Assembly: GCA_965217775.1 (NCBI GenBank)
Contig: CBDCJH010000002.1
Span: forward strand, 5,472,001 to 5,536,000
Direction: 5' to 3'
Length of the DNA: 64,000 bases
From: Acidobacteriota bacterium
GTDB lineage: Bacteria; Acidobacteriota; UBA6911; RPQK01; JAJDTT01
In this document: piece by piece, positions 1 through 9,804 of the stretch
How positions within the stretch are numbered: position 1 is the first letter of the stretch
Layout of the letters: every line of letters begins with the position of its first letter
Notes under the pieces: generated by a model
Databases searched by the model: none
Told to the model about the DNA's origin: nothing
The model's input: only the letters and a program-made list of their open reading frames with translations
Translations under genes and position numbers: made by a program

Positions 1-1
1 G

Positions 2-844
2 GAGGAGAACGGGGTGGGAGACAAGGATGTGGGAGTGGTGGGAATCCAGAACATGCCGCTGGCCTTCTACGAGGCGCTGGCCGCCGGACTCGGGTCCAAG
101 CTCCGGCGGACGGACGACGCTGTCGCCCGGTTGCGCGGTGTCAAGTCTCCGGCGGAAGTGAAGCTGATGAAACGGGCCGCTGAATTGAGCGATCTGGGTT
201 TCCGGACCATGCTCGAAGTGGCCCGGCCCGGAATGCGGGGCATCGAAGTGCTGGCCGAGATGGAGCGCGTCGTCCGCCGCGAGGGGGCAGACCACGCCAA
301 ATACTGGATGGCGTCGGGTCCGCCCACCGATTGGAGCGAGGCCCGGTTGGACATCAAGCCCCACGAGCGGGTGCTGGGAGAAGGGGACCTGATGGCCTCC
401 TGTTCCTACGTGGTCTACCAGGGTTACTGGTGCCACGGCCAACGGACCGGAACCCTGGTTCATCCCTCAGCCAGGTTGGAGGAGATTTTCCGAACGGCGC
501 GGGAATGTCAGGACGCCGGACTGGAGCATCTCCGGGCCGGAGTTCCCATCGCCCGGGTCGCCAAGACCATCGGCGACCTGGCGTCACGGCGTGGGATGCC
601 GCTGATGGGAGGACGCATCGGCCACGGGATCGGCATGGATTACAGCGAGCAGCCCGCGCCCCTCACCGAAGCCAACCAGGAGCTGCTGGAAGCGGGTATG
701 ACCTGCGTGATCCACGCGGCCTACACACTGCCCGGTTCGGGCAAGATGTTCGTGCCGCTGGGCGACGTCTGTCATGTAACGGAGAATGGTCCCGAATTCC
801 TGATGGGATTCACCCGGGACTTGTTTCTGGCGGGGCAGGGATAA
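2..844 (+). CDS. M24 family (Xaa-Pro peptidase/creatinase-like) protein, 5'-truncated by the window edge
   Basis: R-x-VKSPAE linker, GY-x5-RT and GHGIG motifs of the pita-bread fold; frame is open back to the window start. Confidence 0.85.
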   Translation, partial: EENGVGDKDVGVVGIQNMPLAFYEALAAGLGSKLRRTDDAVARLRGVKSPAEVKLMKRAAELSDLGFRTMLEVARPGMRGIEVLAEMERVVRREGADHAKYWMASGPPTDWSEARLDIKPHERVLGEGDLMASCSYVVYQGYWCHGQRTGTLVHPSARLEEIFRTARECQDAGLEHLRAGVPIARVAKTIGDLASRRGMPLMGGRIGHGIGMDYSEQPAPLTEANQELLEAGMTCVIHAAYTLPGSGKMFVPLGDVCHVTENGPEFLMGFTRDLFLAGQG

Positions 845-849
845 CGAGA

Positions 850-872
850 CGGGGTTTGGGCGTGGAACCCCG
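850..872. terminator. Hairpin between convergent genes, possible bidirectional terminator
   Basis: CGGGGTT...AACCCCG inverted repeat just after the M24 stop; no clear U-tract. Confidence 0.3.
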
Positions 873-901
873 CCGTCAGCCGTTCGCGAGCGAAAAATCG
901 G

Positions 902-1222
902 TCAGCGGACCCTCACCGCCGTGCCGCAGGCGGTGACCATGAGCATGCTTCCACCCTTCCCCACGACCTCGTAGTCGAGATCGATGCCGACCACGGCGTC
1001 GCCGCCTCTCCGGCGGGCCGTCTCCGCCATCTCGTCGAGGGCGATCTCGCGGGCCCGCTGCAGCTCCTTCTCATAGGCCGCGGACCGCCCGCCGACGATG
1101 TCTCGAATGCCGGCGAAGAAATCCCGGAAGATATTGGCGCCGACGATCGCCTCTCCCGTAACGATTCCACAGTATTCGCGGATCGTCTTGCCTTCGATGG
1201 TCTGCGTAGTGGTCAAGATCAT
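902..1222 (-). CDS. ybjQ: YbjQ/UPF0145 family putative heavy-metal-binding protein
   Basis: 106 aa; [29 protein letters not shown] and GIDLDYE...[11 protein letters not shown] signatures. Confidence 0.93.
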   Translation of the reverse strand: MILTTTQTIEGKTIREYCGIVTGEAIVGANIFRDFFAGIRDIVGGRSAAYEKELQRAREIALDEMAETARRRGGDAVVGIDLDYEVVGKGGSMLMVTACGTAVRVR

Positions 1223-1352
1223 TGATTGTCTCCTCTGAACACGATTGGGGCAGGATGGACGCTTCGTCTCGCGGATGAAACCGAGTGTTGATGTCGTCCT
1301 ATTCCATTATACGAACGTCAGGCCGACAGCGGGAGCAACTCAAGAAATCGAT

Positions 1353-2015
1353 TCAATCCACGACAGGGTAGTAGGGTGGTCCCCAACCGGCTTCCGGGTG
1401 GTCCATCATCAGGTCAATGAAACGCGGAACGAGAAACGCCATGATCTTCGCTCCGTCCTGGACCTGACGGCGATTCACCCCGCTCTTCCACGTCGCCCCT
1501 CCATGAAAAAGCTGGTTCCGCAGGACGTAGAGCCGATCGAACAGGATACTCAGAACGACCCTGGTGTCCTGGCGAGCCAGCGCACGCCCGATCATTTTCT
1601 GGTCTCGTACGAAGAAGTTCTCCCAGTTGGCGGACCGTCGCGGCTGATTGTGGTGTCTCCAAAATGGTTGAAATACAAATTTGTTGTTCAGGAGCAACCT
1701 GATCGGTCCTGAGAACCTCAACCAGATGGCCTCGTAGATTCTCCGGTTGGAATCGAATCTGACGATTTTTTCGAAATATTCGCCGAACAGTTCTCGTTCC
1801 TCGGCTCCGTACGACTCCGGAATGTCTTTCGCATACGCTGCGTTGAAGGCAATCCAGTAGAAGATGAAGGCGGCGTCGATGTCCTCCGCTTCCTTCTCGG
1901 CGCGCTCGATCCAACTCAGCGAACGGTGCAGACGAAGCCGAAGACCGCCCGGTAGACCATTCGAAACGCCGGAAAACTTCGATCTCAGGCTCTCGGTGGT
2001 CAGCTCGTTCCGCAT
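1353..2015 (-). CDS. Stand-alone HEPN domain protein
   Basis: RLHRSLSW, FIFYWIAFNAAY and the Rx4H motif RNQLFH; GGAGG upstream of ATG. Confidence 0.8.
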   Translation of the reverse strand: MRNELTTESLRSKFSGVSNGLPGGLRLRLHRSLSWIERAEKEAEDIDAAFIFYWIAFNAAYAKDIPESYGAEERELFGEYFEKIVRFDSNRRIYEAIWLRFSGPIRLLLNNKFVFQPFWRHHNQPRRSANWENFFVRDQKMIGRALARQDTRVVLSILFDRLYVLRNQLFHGGATWKSGVNRRQVQDGAKIMAFLVPRFIDLMMDHPEAGWGPPYYPVVD

Positions 2016-2070
2016 GTCCTCCGGCCTCGAATTGACTGGAACACGACGCGGTCCCTCCCGTTCTCCTGAA

Positions 2071-3699
2071 TCAGCCCGCGACGATCCAGGGCCAACCCAG
2101 GATGAGAGCGACCACCGGAAAAAGAGGCAACAGGCCGAGGATGGCCTTGACGGCGATCCGTCCCCTTGAATCCTCGGTTCGGATGGCCTTGCTGAGAGCG
2201 GCTCCGGCGGCCAGGTTGACCAGCAGCGAGAGCGGACTGATCCATTGAAAGCTGATGGGCGAGACGTCGATGGCGCCGCTCGAACCCAGGAACGCCGAGT
2301 CTTGAAGAAGGCCGTAGAAGTTTCCCGAGAAGGCGATCACCGCGCCCACCGTAATGCCGTAGACGGCCCCCACCACGGCCCCCGCCGGTTTTCCGAAACG
2401 GCAGAAGAGAGCGAAGAAGAACAGGCTGAAGGCGGGTGTGGCCAGCAAGTTGGTGGTCCGTTGCGTCATCCCGGTGATGTTTCCCGGGACGTTCCCCATG
2501 TAGGAGCTGCCGACGACCACGACGGCTCCCAGACCGAAGGCCAGGCACTGGGCCAGGCGGACGTATCCCTTCCGGGTCTTGGGCATGAGGCCGAACCGCT
2601 CCAGGAAATCGGTGGTCACGACGGCAGTGATCGAGTTCACGCCCGAGTCCAGACTCGACATGGCCGCGGCTAACATGGCGGACACGACCAGCCCGGCGAT
2701 GCCGATCGGCAGGTGGAAGGCGATGAACCTGGGGAAGATCCGGTCCCCGTCGGTGGCCAGGTTGAGTCCGGAGGGCAGCTCATCCGGCCGGGCCTGAAAA
2801 TATCCCATGAGGGCGAAGCCGACGAAGAGCAGGGTCAGCAGGACGGCTGATGCCACCAGGGTCTGAGCCAGATAGGCACGCTTGGCGGCTTCGGCGTCGC
2901 CGGTGGACATGAACCGCTGAATGCTCAACTGGTCTCCTCCCGCGGTGCAGACGGTCCAGACCAGGACCGAGAAGAAGGTTCCGAACATGGTGACCCGGAC
3001 CCGGGGATCGAAACTGAAGGCGGGCTGACTGTCCCAGGTGGGTTGCCAGGAAGTGGGGATCCAACTGAAATCGCCGAGTTCGACGGTCACCAGGACGATA
3101 ACCACAATCGCCCCTCCCAAGAGCAGGGCCGTCTGCAGGAAATCGGTGATCACGACGGCTCCCAAACCGCCCAAAGAGGTGTAGATGATGGAGACGAAAC
3201 CCGTGACCAGGACGATCCACGGGATCCACTCCTCGCTGACTCCCAGCATCACCGTCATGGCTCGGGCCGCCACGTAGACCAGCAGGCACATCCAACTCAG
3301 ACGCACCACGACGAACATGCCGGCGCCCAGGAGACGCACGCCCAACCCCAGTCTGTCCTCCAGCAACTCGTAGGCGCTGGTCACGCGGTGCCGCATGTAG
3401 ACGGACAGCAGGTACCGGCGCACGATGAAGTAGGACACCGGATAACATGGAATGATCAACAGGATCATGATCGGGCCCTTGGAGATCGTCTCGCCCGGAA
3501 CCGACAGGTAGGAGATGGTGCTCAAGTGGGTGGCGAAGAGGGAGACGCCCACCAGCACGGGGTTCAGGCTGCCGCTTCCGATGAAGTATTCCCTGGAGTC
3601 CTTCTGCTTGCGGCTGTAGTACCAGCCCAGGGCGATGGTGGAACTGGCGTAGACGACGATCACCATCCAGTCGATCCAAGAGAGTCCCGTCGGTACCAA
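2071..3699 (-). CDS. Sodium:solute symporter (SSS) family transporter
   Basis: Many TM helices; SAYELLEDRLG, YTSLGGLGAVVITD, DQLSIQRF and AAAMSSLDSGVNS motifs; GGAGG before the TTG start. Confidence 0.93.
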   Translation of the reverse strand: MVPTGLSWIDWMVIVVYASSTIALGWYYSRKQKDSREYFIGSGSLNPVLVGVSLFATHLSTISYLSVPGETISKGPIMILLIIPCYPVSYFIVRRYLLSVYMRHRVTSAYELLEDRLGLGVRLLGAGMFVVVRLSWMCLLVYVAARAMTVMLGVSEEWIPWIVLVTGFVSIIYTSLGGLGAVVITDFLQTALLLGGAIVVIVLVTVELGDFSWIPTSWQPTWDSQPAFSFDPRVRVTMFGTFFSVLVWTVCTAGGDQLSIQRFMSTGDAEAAKRAYLAQTLVASAVLLTLLFVGFALMGYFQARPDELPSGLNLATDGDRIFPRFIAFHLPIGIAGLVVSAMLAAAMSSLDSGVNSITAVVTTDFLERFGLMPKTRKGYVRLAQCLAFGLGAVVVVGSSYMGNVPGNITGMTQRTTNLLATPAFSLFFFALFCRFGKPAGAVVGAVYGITVGAVIAFSGNFYGLLQDSAFLGSSGAIDVSPISFQWISPLSLLVNLAAGAALSKAIRTEDSRGRIAVKAILGLLPLFPVVALILGWPWIVAG

Positions 3700-3774
3700 T
3701 TCAACCTCCGATGTCTCAGTTGTCCGGCGACGAGCCGGTGAATGGAAACGGCCGATGTTTCGGCAGGCAGCCGG

Positions 3775-5652
3775 CTACCAGGCCAGGGCCGTGCTCCCTT
3801 CCATGCGGGGGTTGGTCGCGGACACCAGGGTGCCCGTCTTGGGGTCGATCATGACCACCATGGTGTTGTCGCCGCTCCAGGGCTTGGCGATCCGTACCTT
3901 GTGACCCCTGCCGCGGAGGTCGGCGGCGATCTCCTCCAGGTTGGCCAGCCGCCCTTCCAGAACGGCCCGGCCCGGAAACGCTCGGTGGGGGTAGAAGAGG
4001 CCTGGAAAGTGGCGGGTCCAGACCTTGGGGGCGTCCAGCGCGTCCTGCAGACCCATCCCGAAGTCCACCACGTTCAGAAAGAAATGCAAGGTCCCCTGGT
4101 CTTGGACGTCCCCTCCCGGCATGCCGAATCCCATCCAGGGGCGCCCGTCCTTGGTGACCAAGGTGGGCGTCAGGCTGGTGGAGGGCTGCTTGCCCGGGGC
4201 CAGAGACTTGGCCAGGCCTTCCTCCAGGTAGAACATCTGCACCCGGCTTCCCAGGCAGAATCCCAGTCCGGGGACGATGGGAGAGGAGGCCGGCCAGCCC
4301 CCGCTGGGAGTGGAGGAAAATATGGTCCCGTGGGAGTCTACGGCCCGGACTCCGGTGGTCCCGTCATCTCGCAGACCTGGTTGGACCGGCGCCAGGCTCA
4401 AATTCGGCGGCCGTTTCTCGGGATGGGCGTCGAAGGGAAACGGATCCCCGGGACGCAGTTCCAGAGAGGCGGTCTTCCAATCGATGAGCTTTCGCCTCAG
4501 CTTGGCGTATTCCCGGGAGAGAAGCCCCTGACGGGGAACATAGACGAAGTCGGGATCGCCGTAGTACTTCTCCTTGTCGGCGTGGGCCAGCTTGGCCGTC
4601 TCCAGCCAGAGGTGCAGGTAGTCGGCGCTGTTGTGCTTGAGCGCCGCCAGGTCGTAGCCCTCCAGCAGCGCCAGTTGCTGCAGGAAGACAGGTCCCTGGG
4701 TCCAGGGTCCGCACTTGTAGACCCGGTATCCTCGGTAGTCGAAGCTCCAGGGCTCCTGGATCCGGGCTTCGTAATCGGCGAAGTCCGCCTCGGTCAGGAG
4801 GCTGGCGTGGCGCCCACCTTCGTTGTCGCGAATCTTGAATTCCCGGGAGAATCGAACCATTTGCCGGGCGATGGGACCCTGGTAGAAGTAGTCGTGAACC
4901 GCCCGTAGCGCCTCGCTACGGCCGGCGCCCTTCTTCAGCGCTCCCTTCTCGGCTGCGGCCAGCCGTCGGAAGGTGCGGGCCAGGTCGGGAAGGCGGGTCA
5001 CCTCCCCTACTTCGGGGACACGGCCATCGTGGAGAAACGCCGCGCCGGAGCTGGGCCACTCCCGTCGGAAGGTCTTGGGTCCCCGATACTTTTCCGTCTC
5101 CTTGCGGCCCACGCCCCGGCGCCAACGCTCGTCCACTGGAAACCCGTCGGCCAAGCGGATGGCGCCTTGAACGATCTGGGAGAAGCTCAGGGTTCCGTAC
5201 CGGTCCAGGCTCAGAACCACGGCTGCCAGGACGGCACAGACTCCCGCCGGCATGAAACCGTCTCCCGGAATCAGCCGGTATCCCTGTTGACGGAACCATT
5301 CGATAGTGGCCGCCCGGGGGGACCGGGTGTTTCCGTTCACTGAGACGACCCGCCTCTCCCTGGGGGAATAGATGAGGGTGGGCATCTCGCCCCCGAATCC
5401 GAAGGAATTGAATTCCACTACAGAAGCCGCCAGGATCATGGCCACGCCCGAATCCACGGCGTTGCCCCCCTGGTGGAAGATCTCCATCCCCACGCCCGCC
5501 ACCAGGGGATGACCCGCCGCCACGGCGCCGCGAAGCCCCCTGGCCTCGCTTCGAGTCCCTTTGGCGCCCAGGAGGGTCCCGGACGGCGAAACCGTCTCCA
5601 CCAGGAGAACTCCCATCAGAATCAGTGCTGCCGGCATTTTTCTACTGGCCAT
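3775..5652 (-). CDS. ggt: Gamma-glutamyltransferase family protein, secreted
   Basis: GGNAVD, FGFGGE, autoproteolysis site GTT..AVD, GMPGGDVQDQ; hydrophobic N-terminus; start uncertain (5652 or 5673). Confidence 0.9.
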   Translation of the reverse strand: MASRKMPAALILMGVLLVETVSPSGTLLGAKGTRSEARGLRGAVAAGHPLVAGVGMEIFHQGGNAVDSGVAMILAASVVEFNSFGFGGEMPTLIYSPRERRVVSVNGNTRSPRAATIEWFRQQGYRLIPGDGFMPAGVCAVLAAVVLSLDRYGTLSFSQIVQGAIRLADGFPVDERWRRGVGRKETEKYRGPKTFRREWPSSGAAFLHDGRVPEVGEVTRLPDLARTFRRLAAAEKGALKKGAGRSEALRAVHDYFYQGPIARQMVRFSREFKIRDNEGGRHASLLTEADFADYEARIQEPWSFDYRGYRVYKCGPWTQGPVFLQQLALLEGYDLAALKHNSADYLHLWLETAKLAHADKEKYYGDPDFVYVPRQGLLSREYAKLRRKLIDWKTASLELRPGDPFPFDAHPEKRPPNLSLAPVQPGLRDDGTTGVRAVDSHGTIFSSTPSGGWPASSPIVPGLGFCLGSRVQMFYLEEGLAKSLAPGKQPSTSLTPTLVTKDGRPWMGFGMPGGDVQDQGTLHFFLNVVDFGMGLQDALDAPKVWTRHFPGLFYPHRAFPGRAVLEGRLANLEEIAADLRGRGHKVRIAKPWSGDNTMVVMIDPKTGTLVSATNPRMEGSTALAW

Positions 5653-5925
5653 AGTTCCGCTCACATTCTCCATATTCGTGGGGAAGATCCGACTGAACCG
5701 GCCGCCTCGACCGCGGCTCGGAAACGATCCACGAAGCCGACCGTGACTCGCCAACCGAGTCTAGTGAGGCCCGGAGGCGGTTGCAAGGAAACGTCCTGGC
5801 CCCACCAACAGCGGCCGCATCTCCCGAACGTTTCCGGACAAATGTGTTCCCCCATCTCCAGCTTTCCCGTGGGTTTTCTCCATGGGAGCCCGTCTCGCCC
5901 CATGTCGAGGGAACCTCTCCCGATG

Positions 5926-5971
5926 GCCCAAGTCGGATTTCGTTCGACACTTGGGCGTCGTGAGATATAAT
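5926..5971 (+). promoter_or_regulatory. Sigma70-like promoter of the TonB receptor gene, overlapped by an inverted repeat
   Basis: TTCGAC (5943)-N17-TATAAT (5966); GCCCAAGT...ACTTGGGC inverted repeat spans the -35. Confidence 0.5.
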
Positions 5972-6070
5972 GAAAATTAAATTCGGTCACGTAGAATGAC
6001 TGTGTTCGGCCCACCAAATCTAGATTCCCGGCCAGGATCTTCGGGAATCACCTCAATCGGGAGATGCGCA

Positions 6071-9000
6071 ATGCAATATGAATTTCGTAGCCGTACAGGT
6101 AGTGGATTCCGCAACAGCATGATCGGGCTGGTAGCGATCCTTCTGGCCGCCTTCATCCCGGCGTCAGCGCAGGTTCTCACTTCCCGGGTCGACGGCACGG
6201 TGCGGGACCAGAGCGGCGCCGTCCTGCCCGGGGTTTCGGTGACGCTGACCAACGTCGATACCAACGCGGCCGAGGAGGCGGTGACGAGCGACATCGGACT
6301 TTACGTGTTTCCGCAGATTCCCCGTGGCGCCTATCGACTCGCGGCCCAGTTACCCGGTTTCAAGACCGGGGTCGTCGAAGGAGTTCGGGTCGAGTTGGCC
6401 ACGCCCGCCACGGTCGACGTCGTGCTGGAGGTCGGTGGGGTCGACGAGATGGTGACGGTGAGCGCGGCGCTGGCTCAGACCGTCATCAACCAGACCAACG
6501 CCGAGATCAACACCAACCTCAACCGCGAGCAGGTGAAGGAGCTTCCCCTGAACGGCCGCAACGTGACGCAATTGGCGCTCACCCAGGCCGGAGTGACCAG
6601 CGTGGGAGGGGCACGGTCGGCCTCCATCAACGGTACTCGAGGGACCTTCAACAACTTCACCCTGGACGGGATCAACAATCAGGACACATTTATCCGGACC
6701 GATGCCCTCTTCGGCATCATCCCGGTCCAGGAGAGCTTCATTGAGGAGATCAACATCACGACCGCCAACTCGGAGGTCGACGCCGGACTCGGAGCCTCTC
6801 AGACTCAGTTTGTGACCCGTTCCGGCAGCAACGAGTTCCACGGGGAACTTTTCTACTACCATCAGAACGACGCCCTCAACGCCACCGATTTCTTCAACAA
6901 CGCCGCCGGAGTCCCCAAGGAGAGGCTCCTGAACCATCAGTACGGCTTCAACTTGGGTGGCCCCATCCTGAAGGACAAGCTCTTCTTCTTCTTCAACTAT
7001 GAACGGGAGCCCAGTCCTTCTACCGTCTCCGTTGTCCGGACCGTCCTGAGAAACCCGGCCCGCGCCGGGAACTTCACATACGTCCGGCAGGACACCGGCG
7101 AGTTGGCCACACTTAATCTGTTCGAGCTCACCGGACTGAGCCCGGACCCCATCATCCAGTCCTTGATCAGCCTGACCCCGCCGCCCAACGACGCCACCGC
7201 GGGCGACGGGAGGAACACCGCAGGTTTCCGGTTCAACAGTCCCGATTCCTCCACCGGCGAATGGGTGGTCTTCCGGGGAGACTACGAGATCAACTCCAAC
7301 CACTCTCTCACCGGGACCTTTCACCAGTTCACGCTGGACGTGCCCAACAGCGCGTTCAACGGCATCGATTCCGTCTTTCCGGGTCTTCCGGGAGCAGGGC
7401 AGTCTTCCGGACGCCGGCTGGGATCCTTCTCCCTGAGGAGTGGACTCAGTCCGACCGTCACGAATGAAGGGCGGTTTGGTTTCCAGGTCTCCAGTCCCAG
7501 GTTTTTTACCACCGAAACTTTTCCGCAGGGATATCGGCTCAGTTTCGCCGGGGGATTCTCTAATCCGGTACAGGACTTCATGGCCCAGGGCCGCGACACT
7601 CGCAACCTGGACGCGATGGACAACCTGACCTGGGTCAACGGAAATCACACCATCAAGGTCGGTGGAGGCGTTCGCTGGACCAAAGTCGATTCGTTCAACG
7701 ATGCGGGGATCGTGCCGACCTATTATCTCGGTTTCGGCCCGGGGAATCCGGATCCGTTGGTTCCCGGCCTTTTCCCCGGCGGAATCTCTTCCAGCGACTT
7801 GGGCGCGGCCTCCGGGATGCTGGCAACCCTGGCCGGAGTCGTCGACGAGGCCGATCAGACGTTCAACGTCGCGTCGGTGGGTTCCGGGTACACCGATGGG
7901 GCCTCCGAAACCAACATCCTCAATCAGAATTTCGTCAACATTTATCTCGCGGATACCTGGCGCGTCACCCCCGAGTTCACCTTGAATTTCGGGTTTCGAT
8001 GGGAATTTCACTCGGTCCCGGATGAGGCCCGGGGATTGGCCCTGCTGCCGGTAGGAGGCCCCGAGTCCGTGCTCGATCCCAACGCCGTCATCGATTTCGC
8101 AGGCGCTTCCAATGGAAGGCCGTTCTTCAGGAACGACCTGAACAACTACGCTCCCAGCCTCGGGTTCGCTTGGCGAGTCTCGGACAAGACTGTGCTGCGC
8201 GGCGGCTACGGGCTCAACTACGTGGTCGACAACAATTTCACGACGGTGCTCAACGCGATGCGGGGTAACGCAGGTCTAAGCTTGGCGCAGACCGTCTCGG
8301 GAATCAGCGGCACCCTCAGCAGCGGTGGCCTGGTGCCGATTCCGGTCCCCGAATTCAAGGTCCCCCGTACCGCGCGTGATCAGGTCATGGCCGATCCCAC
8401 CGCGGCCCTCTTCACCATCGACGAGAACCTGAGAACCCCATATGTCCAGCAATGGAACATCGGCCTCCAGCATGAGTTCCTGCAGAACACCGCCGTCGAG
8501 CTGCGCTACGTGGGAAACCACGGCATCAAGCTCACCCGTGCCATCGATCTGAATCAGGTTCTGTTGCCGCCGGAGTTCGTCACGGACTTCAGGCGAGCTC
8601 AGAGGAATCTGGCGGCCTATGGAAGTCCCTATGCCGGCGAACCGTTGCAAATCTTTCCCCAACTCGGCTTTGCTGGGTTCCTTCAGTCCGGAGGCGTACA
8701 GAACTGGATTCGAAACGGCGAGATCGGGCAGTACATCGGTGGGTTCCTGGCGCCCAACCGGGTGTTCTTCTTCAACGGTGAAGGGGGCGAGAGGTTCGGG
8801 GCAACCCTTCCCATCAGCTTCTTCTTGCGCAATCCCAATGCCTTCGTCGCCGACGTGGTCGGCAACCATGCCTTCTCCAAATACAACGGGCTCCAGTTCG
8901 AAATTCGGCGGCAGTTTCGAGGGGGGTTCGCGGGGCAGTTCAACTATACCTGGGGCAAGGTGCTGACGAATTTCGCCGGCACCCAGTCCAATTTTCGCGG

Positions 9001-9700
9001 GTATTTCGACAATGCCCAGCAACACTTGGAGATCATGCGTCCCGACTTCGACATCACCCACACCTACAACGCCAACTGGGTCTGGGAGATCCCCTTCGGC
9101 CAAGGGCGCCGGTGGATGAACGGCGGCGGTTTCATGGAATATCTGGCCGGCGGTTGGGACCTCAGCGGATTCTTGAGGATCCGTTCCGGCGAGGTTGTCA
9201 ACCTCATCTCCGGAAGAGGAACCATCAATCGCGGCGGTTCCCGAGCGTTGACCAATACCGTTCATCTCACGGGAATCGACATCCCCGAGCTCCAGAACAA
9301 GACCGGGTCGTTCCGCGACGCACAGGGCCGTGTGATCCTGTTCGACCACCGCTTGATTGCAGACGGTGGGGGAATGGAATCGCGGTACTTTGCGAATCCC
9401 GCCATGTTGGAAGCGGGATCGCTGGGCCTGTCCCCCGTCAGTGGACCCTGGTTCGCGTCGTTGGATCTCGGGGTTCGCAAGAGCTTTCCGATCCCGGTGA
9501 CGGAGGATGCGCGGCTCCAGCTCCGGTTCGACTTCTTCAACAGTCTCAATCGGACGAATTTCGCAGTAACCAACAAGGGCATCGGCATCACCGGCCTCGG
9601 TGTCACCAACAGCCACAATCCCAACAGCCCCCTGTTCGGCCAGATCAGCTCCGCCTTTTCTCCCCGCGTGATGCAGGTTGGGATGAAAATCACTTTCTAG
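6071..9700 (+). CDS. Oar-like TonB-dependent receptor with N-terminal carboxypeptidase-regulatory-like domain
   Basis: Signal peptide, GTVRDQSGAVLPGV, LPLNGRN, TRSGSNEFHG, NQYGF-like and DLNNYAP motifs; C-terminal Phe. Confidence 0.93.
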   Translation: MQYEFRSRTGSGFRNSMIGLVAILLAAFIPASAQVLTSRVDGTVRDQSGAVLPGVSVTLTNVDTNAAEEAVTSDIGLYVFPQIPRGAYRLAAQLPGFKTGVVEGVRVELATPATVDVVLEVGGVDEMVTVSAALAQTVINQTNAEINTNLNREQVKELPLNGRNVTQLALTQAGVTSVGGARSASINGTRGTFNNFTLDGINNQDTFIRTDALFGIIPVQESFIEEINITTANSEVDAGLGASQTQFVTRSGSNEFHGELFYYHQNDALNATDFFNNAAGVPKERLLNHQYGFNLGGPILKDKLFFFFNYEREPSPSTVSVVRTVLRNPARAGNFTYVRQDTGELATLNLFELTGLSPDPIIQSLISLTPPPNDATAGDGRNTAGFRFNSPDSSTGEWVVFRGDYEINSNHSLTGTFHQFTLDVPNSAFNGIDSVFPGLPGAGQSSGRRLGSFSLRSGLSPTVTNEGRFGFQVSSPRFFTTETFPQGYRLSFAGGFSNPVQDFMAQGRDTRNLDAMDNLTWVNGNHTIKVGGGVRWTKVDSFNDAGIVPTYYLGFGPGNPDPLVPGLFPGGISSSDLGAASGMLATLAGVVDEADQTFNVASVGSGYTDGASETNILNQNFVNIYLADTWRVTPEFTLNFGFRWEFHSVPDEARGLALLPVGGPESVLDPNAVIDFAGASNGRPFFRNDLNNYAPSLGFAWRVSDKTVLRGGYGLNYVVDNNFTTVLNAMRGNAGLSLAQTVSGISGTLSSGGLVPIPVPEFKVPRTARDQVMADPTAALFTIDENLRTPYVQQWNIGLQHEFLQNTAVELRYVGNHGIKLTRAIDLNQVLLPPEFVTDFRRAQRNLAAYGSPYAGEPLQIFPQLGFAGFLQSGGVQNWIRNGEIGQYIGGFLAPNRVFFFNGEGGERFGATLPISFFLRNPNAFVADVVGNHAFSKYNGLQFEIRRQFRGGFAGQFNYTWGKVLTNFAGTQSNFRGYFDNAQQHLEIMRPDFDITHTYNANWVWEIPFGQGRRWMNGGGFMEYLAGGWDLSGFLRIRSGEVVNLISGRGTINRGGSRALTNTVHLTGIDIPELQNKTGSFRDAQGRVILFDHRLIADGGGMESRYFANPAMLEAGSLGLSPVSGPWFASLDLGVRKSFPIPVTEDARLQLRFDFFNSLNRTNFAVTNKGIGITGLGVTNSHNPNSPLFGQISSAFSPRVMQVGMKITF

Positions 9701-9804
9701 CGCGAAGCCTCGGGGGTCGTGGTTGTTCCGGAAAGAACGTTGCGGTTCATATAACGCCAATTCCGACGAAAAATCCGGTTATTTCCCAGGGAGGAAAACG
9801 AATC

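Noticed and set aside
6130-6137. TGGTAGCG as an att copy of the tRNA 3' end
   Set aside because: Only 8 bp and inside a coding signal-peptide region; expected by chance
9112-9804. Long N-terminal extensions in the ORF track (9112, also 35256-37997 and 49365)
   Set aside because: They overlap real genes in other frames; downstream starts have an RBS and/or an export signal
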